Source: an uncultured Acidobacteriaceae bacterium
Lineage (GTDB): Bacteria > Acidobacteriota > Terriglobia > Terriglobales > Acidobacteriaceae
Assembly (NCBI GenBank): GCA_963760475.1
Contig: CAVXDG010000002.1
Coordinates: 11,602-75,601, forward strand
Length of the DNA stretch: 64,000 bases
Direction of reading: 5' to 3'
Each line of letters starts with the position of its first letter. Within the stretch, counting starts at the first letter, position 1. The notes beneath the pieces are model-generated. The model was not told the DNA's origin, did no database searches, and saw only the letters and a list, made by a program, of their open reading frames with translations. Positions 11,016 through 22,139 of the stretch are shown in pieces. The translations under genes and the position numbers were made by a program.

Positions 11016-12074
11016 CTATTGCGGCTCCGCGCTCCAGTCGCACTCCACGTCACGGTGCGACTTTGCGCTCTCCAGCGCCCACTCAAGAATTCGTGCCGTT
11101 CGCCACGCATCGATGGCAACTACAGGCGGCTTGCCCTTTTCCAGCAGAGCATCGCGCACGCCTGCATAGAAGAGCCGGTAATCCCCGTCAATGGGCTCAA
11201 CCGGCTGGCTGACAACGCTGCCATCCGCGTCAACACACAATGTGCCCCAACGGTCTGACGGCTCCTTGCCCCAATCGGGCGCGTCAATCTTCGTGATCTC
11301 GCCCAGCGCCTCTTCCTGCAAATCGAGTCCCCACTTCCAGTAGTTGCCGCGGTTGCCCCGCAGATGAAAGCGCGGACGCGCCAACGAGGAAAGAGCGTTC
11401 GCGCTCACAGTCACGCTCAGGCTGGTCATGTAATGCAGGCGAAGGGTGAATGAGTCGTTGCCTCCTTCGCTGTTGCGCTCCCGTCGCACCTCCGCGCCCA
11501 CCGACTCGGGAGAACCAAACAAAACCAATGCCTGGTCAACCAGGTGTGTACCAAGATCCAGAAGAATCCCACCCTGTTCAGCATCCTCCTTCCACGCCCG
11601 AGAGGACAATTCGGGACGCCAACGATCGAAGGTCGATTCGAAATGCACGAGCGAGCCGAGCGACTTCTCATGCAATACATGCTGAACTGTCTTAAAATCA
11701 CTGTCCCATCGCCGGTTGTGGAACGGGATATAGTGCAGCCCCACAGCGCCGGCAAGGCCCAGCAGATCGGCAATCTGCGCAGACGTGAGTGCCGCCGGCT
11801 TATCGACCACCACGCTCTTCGCCGCTTCCAGCACCTGCAGCGCAATCTCGTAGTGTGTTGCGTTCGGCGTGGCCACCACCACCAGCTTGATCGACGAGTC
11901 GGCCAGCAGCTCTTCCAGCGTCCGATAGGTGGTGATCCCCGGATAGCGCTGCGCGGCTTGATCTGAGTTTCTCTCCACCACCGCGGCAAGCTCCAGTCCT
12001 TCAACCGAAGAGATCAGAGGCGCATGGAATACGCGTCCCGCCATGCCAAAACCCACCAGCCCCACTCGGATCAT
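11016..12074 (-). CDS. Gfo/Idh/MocA oxidoreductase
   Basis: GLVGFGMAG, VVVDKP, FHNRRWDSDF and DLGTHLVDQ motifs. Confidence 0.9.
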   Translation of the reverse strand: MIRVGLVGFGMAGRVFHAPLISSVEGLELAAVVERNSDQAAQRYPGITTYRTLEELLADSSIKLVVVATPNATHYEIALQVLEAAKSVVVDKPAALTSAQIADLLGLAGAVGLHYIPFHNRRWDSDFKTVQHVLHEKSLGSLVHFESTFDRWRPELSSRAWKEDAEQGGILLDLGTHLVDQALVLFGSPESVGAEVRRERNSEGGNDSFTLRLHYMTSLSVTVSANALSSLARPRFHLRGNRGNYWKWGLDLQEEALGEITKIDAPDWGKEPSDRWGTLCVDADGSVVSQPVEPIDGDYRLFYAGVRDALLEKGKPPVVAIDAWRTARILEWALESAKSHRDVECDWSAEPQ

Positions 12075-12115
12075 CGTGCGCTCCCCTCGACTCGCCGGCT
12101 ATATTGATTCAGCGA

Positions 12116-13859
12116 TTAGCCTTCGAGTTTATACCGCGTTTCGGCCAACCGGTAGAGCCGTCGCCAAACAAGGCGATTCATCGTAACCACCATCAGCGAG
12201 ATGAAGATCGTGGCCAGCAGCAGGATGGGAAAGCTTCCACTGTCGGTTGCGGCGCTGATCTGCGCACCCAGTCCAATCGTCTCGAGCGTCCGCCCCGGCA
12301 TGCGCGAATACTCTGCAAACACCGACGCGTTCCACGCACCGCCCGAGGCCGTTACCATCCCTGTGATCAGGTAGGGAAAGATGCCCGGCAAGATCAGCCG
12401 CGTCCAGCGCTGCCAGCGCGTGAAGTGATAGAGCGACGCTACCTCACGAAGGTCCGAAGGAATCGACATGGCACCGGCAATCACGTTGAACAGGATGTAC
12501 CACTGGGTGCCCAGCAACATCAGGGCGATAGAGCCGACGCCCAGTCCGCCGCCTATCTTCACAAGGCCGATCAGCAGAATAGGAAAAAACGCAGTTGCCG
12601 GCACCGATGCCAGAACCTGTGCCACGGGCTGAATAAAGCGCGCAAGCCTGGGATTGAAGCCGATCGCGACTCCGACAGGTATCGTCCACAGCGCCGAGAT
12701 CAGCAGGGAAGCATTGACGCGCAGAAACGTTGCCCCCGCTCCTTCCAGAAGCAGCAGAAACTGCGGCCAGCTCACGGTCCGCAGCATCAGTGCGGCTTGC
12801 AGCGCTCCCCATCCCGCCACCGTCAGCAGCACAATCGCGATGGTCCAGAGCGCAGGCGACGCAGACGATTTGGTGGCGATCTCATCGACAGGATGAACCA
12901 GGTGCGACTCCCGTTTGCGCGCCAGGCGCCGATAAAGCGGCTCTTCCAGGCGGGCCCAGAGTTGGCCTGGCAGTGTGGTTAACAGCGTCGAGCGATGCAG
13001 CAGCGTGAGAATCGGCGACGTTACACGATCCGCCGACTCTACCTGCTCAAATTTGAACTTGTCGCTCCACGCGATGAGCGGCCGCCAAACCAGCTGATCG
13101 GTAGCAACCACAATCAGGATGACGACGGCGAAACCTGCCACAAGGGCGCGCTCGTCCCCCGAGTCTGCAGCCGTCTGCAGGTAGCTTCCCAGCCCCGGCA
13201 ATTGAAAATTGCGCGTGCCCATCGTGAACATCTCGCACGCCATCAATGCAAACCAGCCGCCCGCCACCGAAACGATCGAGTTCCACACCAGGCCGATCGC
13301 CGCATAAGGCATCTCCAGTTGCCAAAAGCGCTGCCAGGCAGAATAGCGGTAGATCCGCGAGGCTTCAAGCATCTCGCGCGGAATGCTCTTGAGCGAGGAG
13401 TAGAAGCTGAACGCAAGATTCCACACTTGTCCGGTAAAGATCAGCAGAATTACGCCCATCTCAATGCCCATTTGGTGGCCGGGTACCAAGCGCGACCATA
13501 GCCAGCACCACGGGCGGCAAAAAACTCAGTACCGGAATCGATTGCAGGATATCGAGAACTGCGACCATCCACGCCTCGATACGCGGGTTGTATGCAGCGA
13601 TGTAGCCATAGGTCACCGCGAAGGTGAGGCTGAGCAGGTAGGCGATGCCGATGCGCACCACCGAGTAAAAAGCATAGGCCGGCAACGCACTGAGCGAGTG
13701 AGAAATCGGTATCACCGGCACGGGTTTGCCCATCCAGTAGGCACCCGTGCTGACAAACGAGAAAAACACCGCCATCGCGCAAGCCGCTACACCCAGATCG
13801 ATAACGAAGGGCCAGGTTCGCGCCGTTACGAGGGTTCGCGCTAGAGGGTGGAGTTTCAC
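12116..13859 (-). CDS. NitT/TauT-family ABC permease with duplicated TM module (one apparent frameshift near 13480)
   Basis: ORFs 13461-13859 and 12116-13489 join as LDILQSIPVLSFLP...; two EAA-like motifs. Confidence 0.85.
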
Positions 13860-15244
13860 TCGCCTCCCTCGTGCGCCACAACTTCTTCCTCCTGTGCGTC
13901 AGGCATCACAAAGCGCCGCCGGGCGGCGTCGAAATCGAACAGTTCCGCATAGCGGCCCCAGTTGATTGCGGTTTCCATCTGCCGCCGCGATTCGTCTTCG
14001 CTGAACTGCTCGTCGAGCATGTCGAGAAAGAATTCCTCGGGCACGGTGTGGTCGCTCTTCGTCTCCAGGGCGCGGCGAATCTGGCGCAGCAGCAGCACGT
14101 GCTCGATTACAGCGTCACGGAACAGCTCCTTCTGACGCAGAATCTCCGAGTTCGCAAACTCAGTGCCTGGCTCGGTGATGGCTGCGTCGCCTTCTTCAAT
14201 CTTCAGAAAGCCCAGCAGTTGCGCGGCGTCCACAATCGGCAGCAGGTCGTCGATTTCAAACGCGAGGTCGTCCGCCAAGCGATACATATCGTCGCGGCCG
14301 CCCTTATCCAGCAGCAACTCAAGCAGGCCGGCAATGCCGCCTGGTCGCGCGTGGGGCAGCATCTGGTAGCGCATCTGCCGCTGATCCCGAGGGCGCGGAC
14401 CAGGATGCTGGTGGTCGGGGGCTACCGCGGGAGCCACATCCGGCCGCGTGAGTACTTTGTAGATGTAGTCCACGAGCTGCGTGAACGACTCAGCCTTGCG
14501 GTCGCGCGGCTGCGGAATCTGTACCTTGAAGTCTGTCCGGATATGCCCCGGATTGCGGCCCAGAACGATGATCCGATCCGCCAGCAGCACCGCCTCCTCA
14601 ATGTTGTGTGTCACGATAAAAACCGAGCGCGTGGGCATTGTCTTCTTTTCCCACAGCTCCAGCAGTTCGCTGCGCAGGTTCTCCGCCGTTAAAACGTCCA
14701 GCGCGGAGAAAGGCTCGTCCATGAACAGCACCTCAGGTTCGACAACCAGCGCACGCGCGAACCCCACACGCTGCCGCATCCCGCCCGAAAGCTCCTTTGG
14801 ATATGCCGCTTCAAATCCGTCCAGACCCACCGTGTCCAGCATCTTGATGCTCCGCTCATGGCGTTCTGCCGGATCCACGCCGCGGGCCGTCAAAGGGGCC
14901 TCGACGTTCTCAAGCACCGTCATCCATGGAAACAGTGCGAAACTCTGGAACACGATGGAGACGTTGATCTCTACGGAACTGATCGGCTTTTCATGCCAAT
15001 AGACTTGTCCCGCAGAGGGCTGCGACAGCCCCGTCAGCATCCGTAGCATCGTCGATTTGCCCGATCCCGATGGCCCCAGCAGGGCTACAATCTCCCCCGG
15101 CACAATGCTCAAATCGGTTGGCGCAATCACCTGAATGCGGTTCTCGCTCGGCTGGGCATAATACTTCTCGATTCGTTCCGCGCGGATGATCGCTTCGGCC
15201 TTCGCGCTCTCCGGGGGGCTTTGAACGGCCACTTCCTGTTCCAT
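13856..15244 (-). CDS. NitT/TauT-family ABC ATP-binding protein with C-terminal extension
   Basis: GPSGSGKS, LSGGMRQR and DEPFSALD motifs; C-terminal INWGRYAELF. Confidence 0.92.
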   Translation of the reverse strand: MEQEVAVQSPPESAKAEAIIRAERIEKYYAQPSENRIQVIAPTDLSIVPGEIVALLGPSGSGKSTMLRMLTGLSQPSAGQVYWHEKPISSVEINVSIVFQSFALFPWMTVLENVEAPLTARGVDPAERHERSIKMLDTVGLDGFEAAYPKELSGGMRQRVGFARALVVEPEVLFMDEPFSALDVLTAENLRSELLELWEKKTMPTRSVFIVTHNIEEAVLLADRIIVLGRNPGHIRTDFKVQIPQPRDRKAESFTQLVDYIYKVLTRPDVAPAVAPDHQHPGPRPRDQRQMRYQMLPHARPGGIAGLLELLLDKGGRDDMYRLADDLAFEIDDLLPIVDAAQLLGFLKIEEGDAAITEPGTEFANSEILRQKELFRDAVIEHVLLLRQIRRALETKSDHTVPEEFFLDMLDEQFSEDESRRQMETAINWGRYAELFDFDAARRRFVMPDAQEEEVVAHEGGE

Positions 15245-15615
15245 GCTCGAGTCTCCGGTTCAAGGGGATGCGGTCTTCCGGTGTTGCAATTCTATGAGAG
15301 GTAGATTTCGGAGAGATGAAACCGCAATTCGGTTCGTCGCCGCATCGGCCTCATTCGGTGATTTCCGCTCCAGGCTTGCGCCTTGCGGGCCCCGTCTGCC
15401 CGGGGGTTCCCCTTGTTGCCGCTAGACCGTACAATACTTCTCCGGGGTGTTGCCGGCGGGGAAAATCGCGCCCTTGCCTGCGCCCGGCAGAGCGTATCAT
15501 GATTCTCGAAGAACTGCGCACGGTCGTTTTCCCGGACCCTTCCCAGACCGCACGCAGGCAGCAGACTGAAGCAAGTGCACAATCCTCAAAATCTGCGATC
15601 GGCGCCTAGGAGAGT

Positions 15616-15987
15616 ATGCACGAAAATCGTGTCAAACCCAAAGTTCTCGTTGTGGACGACGAACGTGTCATTGCCGATACCCTGGCCATGATCCTTAACC
15701 AGAGCGGCTTCGATGCGCGTGCCGTCTATTCCGGCGAAAAAGCCGTCGAGATGGCCTCCACCTTTGCGCCCGACATGCTCATCACCGACGTGATCATGGC
15801 CGACTTGAACGGCATCGACGCGGCGATCATGATTCGCGCCATCGTTCCGAAAATTAAGATATTGCTCTTCTCAGGCCAGGCTGCCACGGCGGATTTGCTG
15901 GAGAAGGCGCGCGCCAAAGGATACGAATTTGAGATCCTGGCCAAGCCCGTCCATCCCCAGGATCTCTTAAGCAGGTTGCAAGCCTAG
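15616..15987 (+). CDS. Single-domain response regulator
   Basis: VVDD, ITDVIM, FSG and AKP receiver motifs. Confidence 0.9.
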   Translation: MHENRVKPKVLVVDDERVIADTLAMILNQSGFDARAVYSGEKAVEMASTFAPDMLITDVIMADLNGIDAAIMIRAIVPKIKILLFSGQAATADLLEKARAKGYEFEILAKPVHPQDLLSRLQA

Positions 15988-16016
15988 AACCCACTGCCCC
16001 CGGCGATGGGCGCATT

Positions 16017-16616
16017 TTACAATTCGCGGCGGCCTTCCAGTGCCCGAGCCATGGTCACCTCGTCGGCGTATTCGATGTCGCTCCCGGCAGGCACGCCTGT
16101 TGCAATGCGTGTCAGCCGTATCGGGAATGTGCGCAACGCCCCCGCCAGCCAGCTTGCCGTGGCCTCGCCCTCAAGAGTGGGGCTCGTGGCGATGATCACT
16201 TCGTCGATCTCCCCTTGCTCCGCGCGGCGCACAAGGGTTTTGCTCCGCAGCTGGTCTGGACCTATTCCATGCAGAGGTGAAAGGGTTCCGTGCAGTACGT
16301 GATATACCCCGTTGTATCCGCGCGTCCGCTCTACCGCTTCGATATTTGTGGGTTCTTCCACAACGCACACCAGGCGCTGATTCCGCGTCGGGCTCGTGCA
16401 GTAGGCACACGGATCCACATCCGTAATGTTGTTACAGATGGAGCAAAGGCGCAGGCTCGCCTTCAGCCCGTGCACCGCCTCAGCCAGGGCAGTCGCGTCC
16501 TCGTCGGAAGATCGCAGAATGTGGAAAGCGTATCGCTGGGCCGATTTCGTCCCGACCCCGGGCAGCTTCTTTAATTCTTCAATCAGCCGCGCCATCGGCT
16601 CGGCATAACGTGCCAC
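16017..16616 (-). CDS. recR: Recombination protein RecR
   Basis: LPGVGTKSAQR, C4 zinc finger, Toprim EGEATA. Confidence 0.97.
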   Translation of the reverse strand: MARYAEPMARLIEELKKLPGVGTKSAQRYAFHILRSSDEDATALAEAVHGLKASLRLCSICNNITDVDPCAYCTSPTRNQRLVCVVEEPTNIEAVERTRGYNGVYHVLHGTLSPLHGIGPDQLRSKTLVRRAEQGEIDEVIIATSPTLEGEATASWLAGALRTFPIRLTRIATGVPAGSDIEYADEVTMARALEGRREL

Positions 16617-16641
16617 CGCGTCTGCCTCCCTTGTGAAACCT

Positions 16642-16969
16642 TCAGCTCAATCCAGGAATCTTCAGCCCGCCCAGCATGCCTTGCACGCTCGACTGGATCG
16701 CCTCGTCCGCCTTGCGGCCTGCGTCGTTCACCGCAGACACCACCAGGTCCTCCAGCATCTCCACATCCGGCTGCCCGCCGGTGAGGCTCAGTGCCGCCGA
16801 TGCATCGATGTGAATCTTCAGAAGCTGCTTCTTGCCGTTCATCGTCGCCAGGCACGGCGCCACCGCCCGCGCTGCCTTCCACCACCGTCTGCGCCAGCTT
16901 GCGCTGCATCTCCTCCTGCATCTGGTTGGCTTGCGAAAGCATCTCGGGAATCTTCAGCGGGTTGATCAT
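16642..16969 (-). CDS. ybaB: YbaB/EbfC nucleoid-associated protein (frameshift near 16855)
   Basis: QANQMQEEMQ..VEGSAGGGAV joined to EMLEDLVVSAVNDA; located between dnaX and recR. Confidence 0.88.
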
Positions 16970-18899
16970 GGTGCCTCCTTGCCGACCACTATTTGACGCG
17001 CAGATCGACCACACTGCGCACTTCGGCATTGAAAGATCTCTTTAGCGCGCTGCACCAGAGGATTCTGCAGAGCCTCCTCCTCCACGCTGCCCGCGGCCGG
17101 TGTCGACATCATCGCCGGTGCAACTGCATTTCCGGCACCCGGCACAATGAGAAGGCGAGCCGAAGCGCCCAGCCGCTGCAACTCCTGGCGAATGATCTTC
17201 TCGGACGCAGCATTCACGGTGAGGCTCAGCATCTTCTTGCCCATGCCTGCCACTTCAATGCGCAGGCTTGCCGCCATCGAGGCTCCACGTACCCCGCGCC
17301 TAAGAGCTGGGAAGCTGAAGCATGCCCTGCCGTCGCCAGAGCCGAACAAACCGCATCGCGCGCTGCATTCGCCGTCGGCCCAACCCCATCGCTTGATTTC
17401 GCTTCGCTCTGGGGAACCTTCGCCAGCGCGCCTTCCGTCATCGTCTCGGCGAATCCTGTGCCCAGTCCCGCCGCACTCGACGCCACCGGGAACGGCGTCA
17501 CTTCGCGCGGAGCCGCGGCCTGCGCTGCGGATTCCGTGGCGCTCTCTTGAATCGCCCCGAATGCTGCTGCGCTTTGCTTCACCACCGTTGGACTCGTGCG
17601 GCCGCTGCTCGGTGCGAAAGGAGACACTGTCGGTGCCGGCGACGCCGCAGAAGCCGAAGCAATCGATCGTACTGCCACGGGCGCGCTGGTCCGCGGTGCC
17701 GCGGGGGCTCCCGCACTGCGTACACCCGGTTCCGCCAGCCAGACCGCTCAACAGCTCCTCCAGCGGCAGCAGCCGCTGCGCATGCATCAGCTTCAGCAGC
17801 CCAAGCTCCAGGTGAAACCGCTGCTCCTGGCGATAATTCAGATCGTCGAAGGTCCGCAGCACAATCTGCAGATTTCGCGTCAGGTCTTCTTCGGTGAAGA
17901 GCAGGGCAGTCCGCGCGGCCCGCGCCCGCTCATCGGCGGAAATCTGCAGCAGCTCCGTCTGCTCGCCGCCCAGCTTCGCCATCAGCGCATTGCGCAGGTA
18001 GCGCACCATCTGCCGCGCCAGCGACGAGGGGCTGTGCCCGGCATTCAGCAGCACATTCAGCTGCTCCATCAACTCGGCGCTTTGCCCTGCGGCCACAGCT
18101 TCCAGCAGCCGCTCGAACACCGCATTCGGCACCGACCCCATCAACTCGCGAATCTGCGTCGGCCGCCAGCACCGGCCGACCCTTCTCATCGGACGGCGCC
18201 GAAGCGATCGCCTGGTCCATGATCGACAGCGCATCGCGCATCGATCCATCGCCGGCCTCGGCCAGCAGCGCCAGCGCGGCATCTTCGGCCAGCACCTGCT
18301 CCTGCTCGGCAATCATCTTCAGCTGCGCCAGAATGTCGTCGAACTTCACCGCATGAAAGCTGAAGTGCTGGCAGCGCGAGCGAATGGTCTGCGGAATATT
18401 CTCCGGCTCCGTCGTCGCCATCATGAAGATGACGTGCGACGGCGGCTCTTCCAGCGTCTTCAGCAGCGCATTGAACGCCGCCTCGGTAATCTGGTGCGCT
18501 TCGTCGAGAATGTAGATCTTGTAGCGGTCGCGGGCCGGCGCATAGCGCGCCGCATCGCGCAGTTCGCGAATCTCATCGATGCCGCGATTGGTGGCCGCGT
18601 CAATCTCGATCACGTCGACCGCATTGCCCTGGCGAATCTCGATGCAGGAGTCGCATACGCCGCACGGCTCCGGCGTCGGCCGCTCCGCGCTCCCGATCTC
18701 GCGTCCGGCAGTTCAGCGCCTTCGCCAGAATGCGCGCAATGGTCGTTTTTCCAATGCCGCGATGTCCCGAAAAGATGTACCCGTGCGCAATGCGGTTCTG
18801 GGTCAGCGCATTCATCAGCGTGCGCGTCACGTGGTCCTGGCCGGCCACGTCGGCAAAGCGCTGCGGACGATATTTTCTGGCCAGAACCTGGTAACCCAT
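16966..18899 (-). CDS. dnaX: DNA polymerase III gamma/tau subunit (several apparent frameshifts; 3' end approximate)
   Basis: [39 protein letters not shown] and GSMRDA split across frames. Confidence 0.92.
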
Positions 18900-18999
18900 G
18901 CTGAATTCCGCTCCCCGTGCCGCCTCCATTTCAAGAGCGGCTCAGGTGCGATTGTATCGTTCCCGGCTGGGCGGCAACTCCCGCAGCAATGTGTGAAAC

Positions 19000-19458
19000 T
19001 CAGGCCGTCTGTATCGCGGCGACATCCTTGTTCTGGCTCCAGTTGATCACGTGATATACCGCCGGCACCGTCCCCACATTGCGAAATCCGTGCAGGCTGT
19101 TTGATGCGTTGAACACGACTGATCCGGGCGTGACCTTGATCCATTTGCCATTCGAAAGGGTCTCGCATTCGCCTTCGCGCAAGATGATCAGCTCCTCGTT
19201 CACATGCCGGTGCGGCGGATGCGATGCAAGCCCGGGATTCAGCGTGGTCACATGCATCTCCAGCTGATCCACGGTCGCCGTCGGCTCCTTGCAGAGCGCT
19301 CGCACTTCGCCCGTCGCGGTCTTCACCGCCTTCATCTCCTCCCACGCGAAGACCGTTGGCCCAAGAATCGCACTCTTGCTTTCAGGTTCAGCCAGAGCAC
19401 TCAACGCTGCGGGCAGCGCCAGCAGCCCCACAACGGCATCTCGCCTCGATATCCCCAT
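19000..19458 (-). CDS. Exported cupin with Tat-like signal
   Basis: SRRD signal; HPPHRHVNEE...H cupin motif. Confidence 0.8.
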   Translation of the reverse strand: MGISRRDAVVGLLALPAALSALAEPESKSAILGPTVFAWEEMKAVKTATGEVRALCKEPTATVDQLEMHVTTLNPGLASHPPHRHVNEELIILREGECETLSNGKWIKVTPGSVVFNASNSLHGFRNVGTVPAVYHVINWSQNKDVAAIQTA

Positions 19459-19475
19459 TGTGTCTCCTCGCCTCC

Positions 19476-20681
19476 TCAATCCTTCAGCGTGACCAACTTT
19501 GCATTCTTCTGTGCCTTCAACACAAGTTCGGCGGCCAGCAGGCATTGCTCCTGGTCCTGCGCCACATGTGTCCGGTTCACGATATCGGCCACAAACTCCG
19601 GCCCGAAGGGCAGAGCCATCTGGTTGCAGTCGATGGAACGCGCCTCGTTCTGGTCGACGAGAAACATGTTGTTGCCTTGTTTGCTCACCGCGACGTTCGT
19701 GTATTTGCGCACCTCGATGTATCCATCGGTCCCCAGAATGAAGAGCCGGCCATCACCCCATGTCCCCAGCCCATCCGGCGTAAACCAGTCCAGCCGCACA
19801 TATCCCAGGCCTCGATCGCCGCGCAGCACCATGTCGCCGAAGTCCTGAAACTGGGGATGCTCCGGATGGCGAACGTTGGCAATCTGCGAAGCCACCACCT
19901 CGGCCTGCTTCGACCCCGTATAGAACAAAAACTGATCCACCTGATGAGAGCCGATATCGCACAGGATCCCCCCATACTGCTCCGGTTTCCAGAACCAGTC
20001 GGGCCGTCCCGACCCACCGCCCGCGTCGCCATGCCGCTGCGTAATCTGGTGCGGCGCAATGTTGATCGTCTGGATCACCTTTCCGATTGCTCCCTGCTGG
20101 ATCAGTTTGCCGGCGTACACCGCAGCCTTTACCTCAAGCCGCTCGCTGTACATGATCGCGTAGATGCGTTTGGTCTCGGCGATCGTCTTCCGCACCTCGG
20201 CCAGTTGCTCCAGCGTCGTGATCCCCGGCTTGTCTGAGAGATAGTCCTTTCCCCGTCTCATGACCTGGATGCCCAGGGGCGCACGTTCATTCGCGACCTG
20301 CGAGCTCAGTACAAGCTGAATTGCAGAATCGTCCAGGATCTCTTCCTGCGTCTTCACGATCTTCACGTCGGGAAACCGCTTGCGGAACGCCACCAGCTTG
20401 TCCTCTTCGCCACCCCAGGCTGCTACTAACTCGCCGCCCCCGCGCTGGATCGCGCCGGCCATTCCGTAAATATGGTCGTGGCTCATGCCGCAGACGCCAA
20501 ACTTGATGTGATGCTTCGGCGTCTCACCTGAAAACTCTGATTGAACAGAGTCTTCGATCATTGCGCCCGTCGGCGAGCCCAGGGCGTCTGAGGTTCTCGG
20601 CAACCCCGCCATCATCGCCATCGAGCCCACTGAACCCGCCCGCCAAAGGAAATCCCGGCGTCTCATCGACTTTTCACTCAT
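19476..20681 (-). CDS. Tat-exported Gfo/Idh/MocA oxidoreductase
   Basis: RRRDFL signal; HDHIYG, SDKP and DIGSHQ motifs. Confidence 0.85.
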   Translation of the reverse strand: MSEKSMRRRDFLWRAGSVGSMAMMAGLPRTSDALGSPTGAMIEDSVQSEFSGETPKHHIKFGVCGMSHDHIYGMAGAIQRGGGELVAAWGGEEDKLVAFRKRFPDVKIVKTQEEILDDSAIQLVLSSQVANERAPLGIQVMRRGKDYLSDKPGITTLEQLAEVRKTIAETKRIYAIMYSERLEVKAAVYAGKLIQQGAIGKVIQTINIAPHQITQRHGDAGGGSGRPDWFWKPEQYGGILCDIGSHQVDQFLFYTGSKQAEVVASQIANVRHPEHPQFQDFGDMVLRGDRGLGYVRLDWFTPDGLGTWGDGRLFILGTDGYIEVRKYTNVAVSKQGNNMFLVDQNEARSIDCNQMALPFGPEFVADIVNRTHVAQDQEQCLLAAELVLKAQKNAKLVTLKD

Positions 20682-20953
20682 CGGTATCCATCTCCATCCT
20701 TGTTCGCCAGCCATCATACCGAACCTCATCCGGGGCAGATCCGCAGCCCAGAAACAGGTGTCCGATATCGGACAGGCAAGCCTGAAAGCGGACAGCCTTC
20801 GTCGTCCTCTGCGGGGCAGAACCGAAGGTAAACCTTGCGGCTCCAACAACTCTCAGATTGGCATGTGGCTTGCCACAGGTAATACCGAAGCTGGCACAAC
20901 CTGTCTTGCAGGACCGCCGCTGTTCCCGGGGCGAAACCAAAGGAGGCGAGGGC

Positions 20954-21499
20954 ATGGCGACACTACAAATGAACGACGATCGGTTGACAAGAAGCGACCG
21001 TCCACGGCTTTCTAACCCTCCAAAGCTGCGAGACCGAGCGGCCTCGTTCGCGCCGCACTTTTCTTCAGAATCCTCTTCCGCTCCCTTGGGGCCTGCCCTG
21101 GACCGCCGAACGACCGCTATCGATCAGCCCAGGGCCGGAAGTCGGGAGCCCTACACTTCGCGCATCGTCTTCAAATCGCGCGGAGGGATTCTCTTTCTGC
21201 CGGTCTGCGACATCCGCTGGATCGGCGCCGAAGAGAACTATGTGCGCCTCTGCATGGAGCGCGAGACGCACCTGCTTCGCGAAACCATGATGCGGATTGA
21301 GCAGAAGCTCGACCCGAAGACGTTTCTGCGGGTACACCGGTCCGCAATGGTCAATCTGCAATTTGTGAAAGAAGTGCGCACGGAAGCTCAGGGCGATTTT
21401 GTGGTGCACCTTGTCTCCGGGCAGCGCGTGCCCATGAGCCGCAGTTACCACTCCCGCCTCGGCGACCTGCTCGCGCGCAAACCCGGGCGTGTTGCCTGA
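20954..21499 (+). CDS. Stand-alone LytTR DNA-binding protein
   Basis: IRWIGAEENYV, FLRVHRSAMVN and MSRSY; no receiver domain; AGGAGG RBS. Confidence 0.85.
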   Translation: MATLQMNDDRLTRSDRPRLSNPPKLRDRAASFAPHFSSESSSAPLGPALDRRTTAIDQPRAGSREPYTSRIVFKSRGGILFLPVCDIRWIGAEENYVRLCMERETHLLRETMMRIEQKLDPKTFLRVHRSAMVNLQFVKEVRTEAQGDFVVHLVSGQRVPMSRSYHSRLGDLLARKPGRVA

Positions 21500-21558
21500 G
21501 GCTGGCTTGACCCTATTGCCTGACGCCCTGCTGGTTGTGCATGGGCAGAACGGCTTCT

Positions 21559-22053
21559 TCAGTGCGATTTATTCGTGGTTCTATTCCTCCGCACCTGCCC
21601 CGTTCCGTCCTTGCGGAGGGCCGGCTTCGCAACCCGTTTCCGCCGCCGAACCTCTTCGCGCGAGTACATCGTACCTCGACATTTCCTGGCGCCGCAATTG
21701 CACAGCGCCTCATCCCCTTCGCCGTCGTAAAGGCAGTAGTCGTAGGTGATCTCTTCGCCGGGTTCAATACTCCGGATCGCCTTGATCCACACCCGGCCCC
21801 GCACTTCGTGGGTCTCGCAATTCGGGTCGCAGCTGTGGTTGATGAACATCGCCATGCAGTGGCCGTCGATCACCACTGTGCCGTCTCCGAGTCCAAAGAG
21901 ATAGGTAATAGGCGTCTCGTCATAGGCGGTATCGGCCTCGGACTTGCTGAGCCGCGGACCCGTGTACTCGGCGACGTGGGCGCCTTTGCGGATGGGTGTG
22001 GTGGTATAGCAGCCTGCGGCGTGGATGGCGGAGGAGCGAATAATCAATCCCAT
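21559..22053 (-). CDS. SET-domain lysine methyltransferase with post-SET Cys
   Basis: FINHSCDPNC, GEEITYDY and CNCGARKC motifs. Confidence 0.92.
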   Translation of the reverse strand: MGLIIRSSAIHAAGCYTTTPIRKGAHVAEYTGPRLSKSEADTAYDETPITYLFGLGDGTVVIDGHCMAMFINHSCDPNCETHEVRGRVWIKAIRSIEPGEEITYDYCLYDGEGDEALCNCGARKCRGTMYSREEVRRRKRVAKPALRKDGTGQVRRNRTTNKSH

Positions 22054-22139
22054 GGTTGAATGCGAAAGAGTCCTTGAGTTCCTAAGCGTGATGGAGCGAC
22101 TTGATGCCGTCTGCTTCGCATCCTACCATTGAGGAGCCC

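Noticed and set aside
15365-15405. c-di-GMP-I riboswitch-like words (GGGCAGAC...GGCGCAAGCC, minus strand)
   Set aside because: The P2 stem with GNRA tetraloop and its receptor cannot be formed convincingly.
16966-18899. Programmed frameshifting in dnaX (gamma/tau)
   Set aside because: There are several breaks, including within the AAA+ domain; I saw no A-AAA-AAG or A9 slippery site; neighbouring ybaB is also broken. An artefact fits better.
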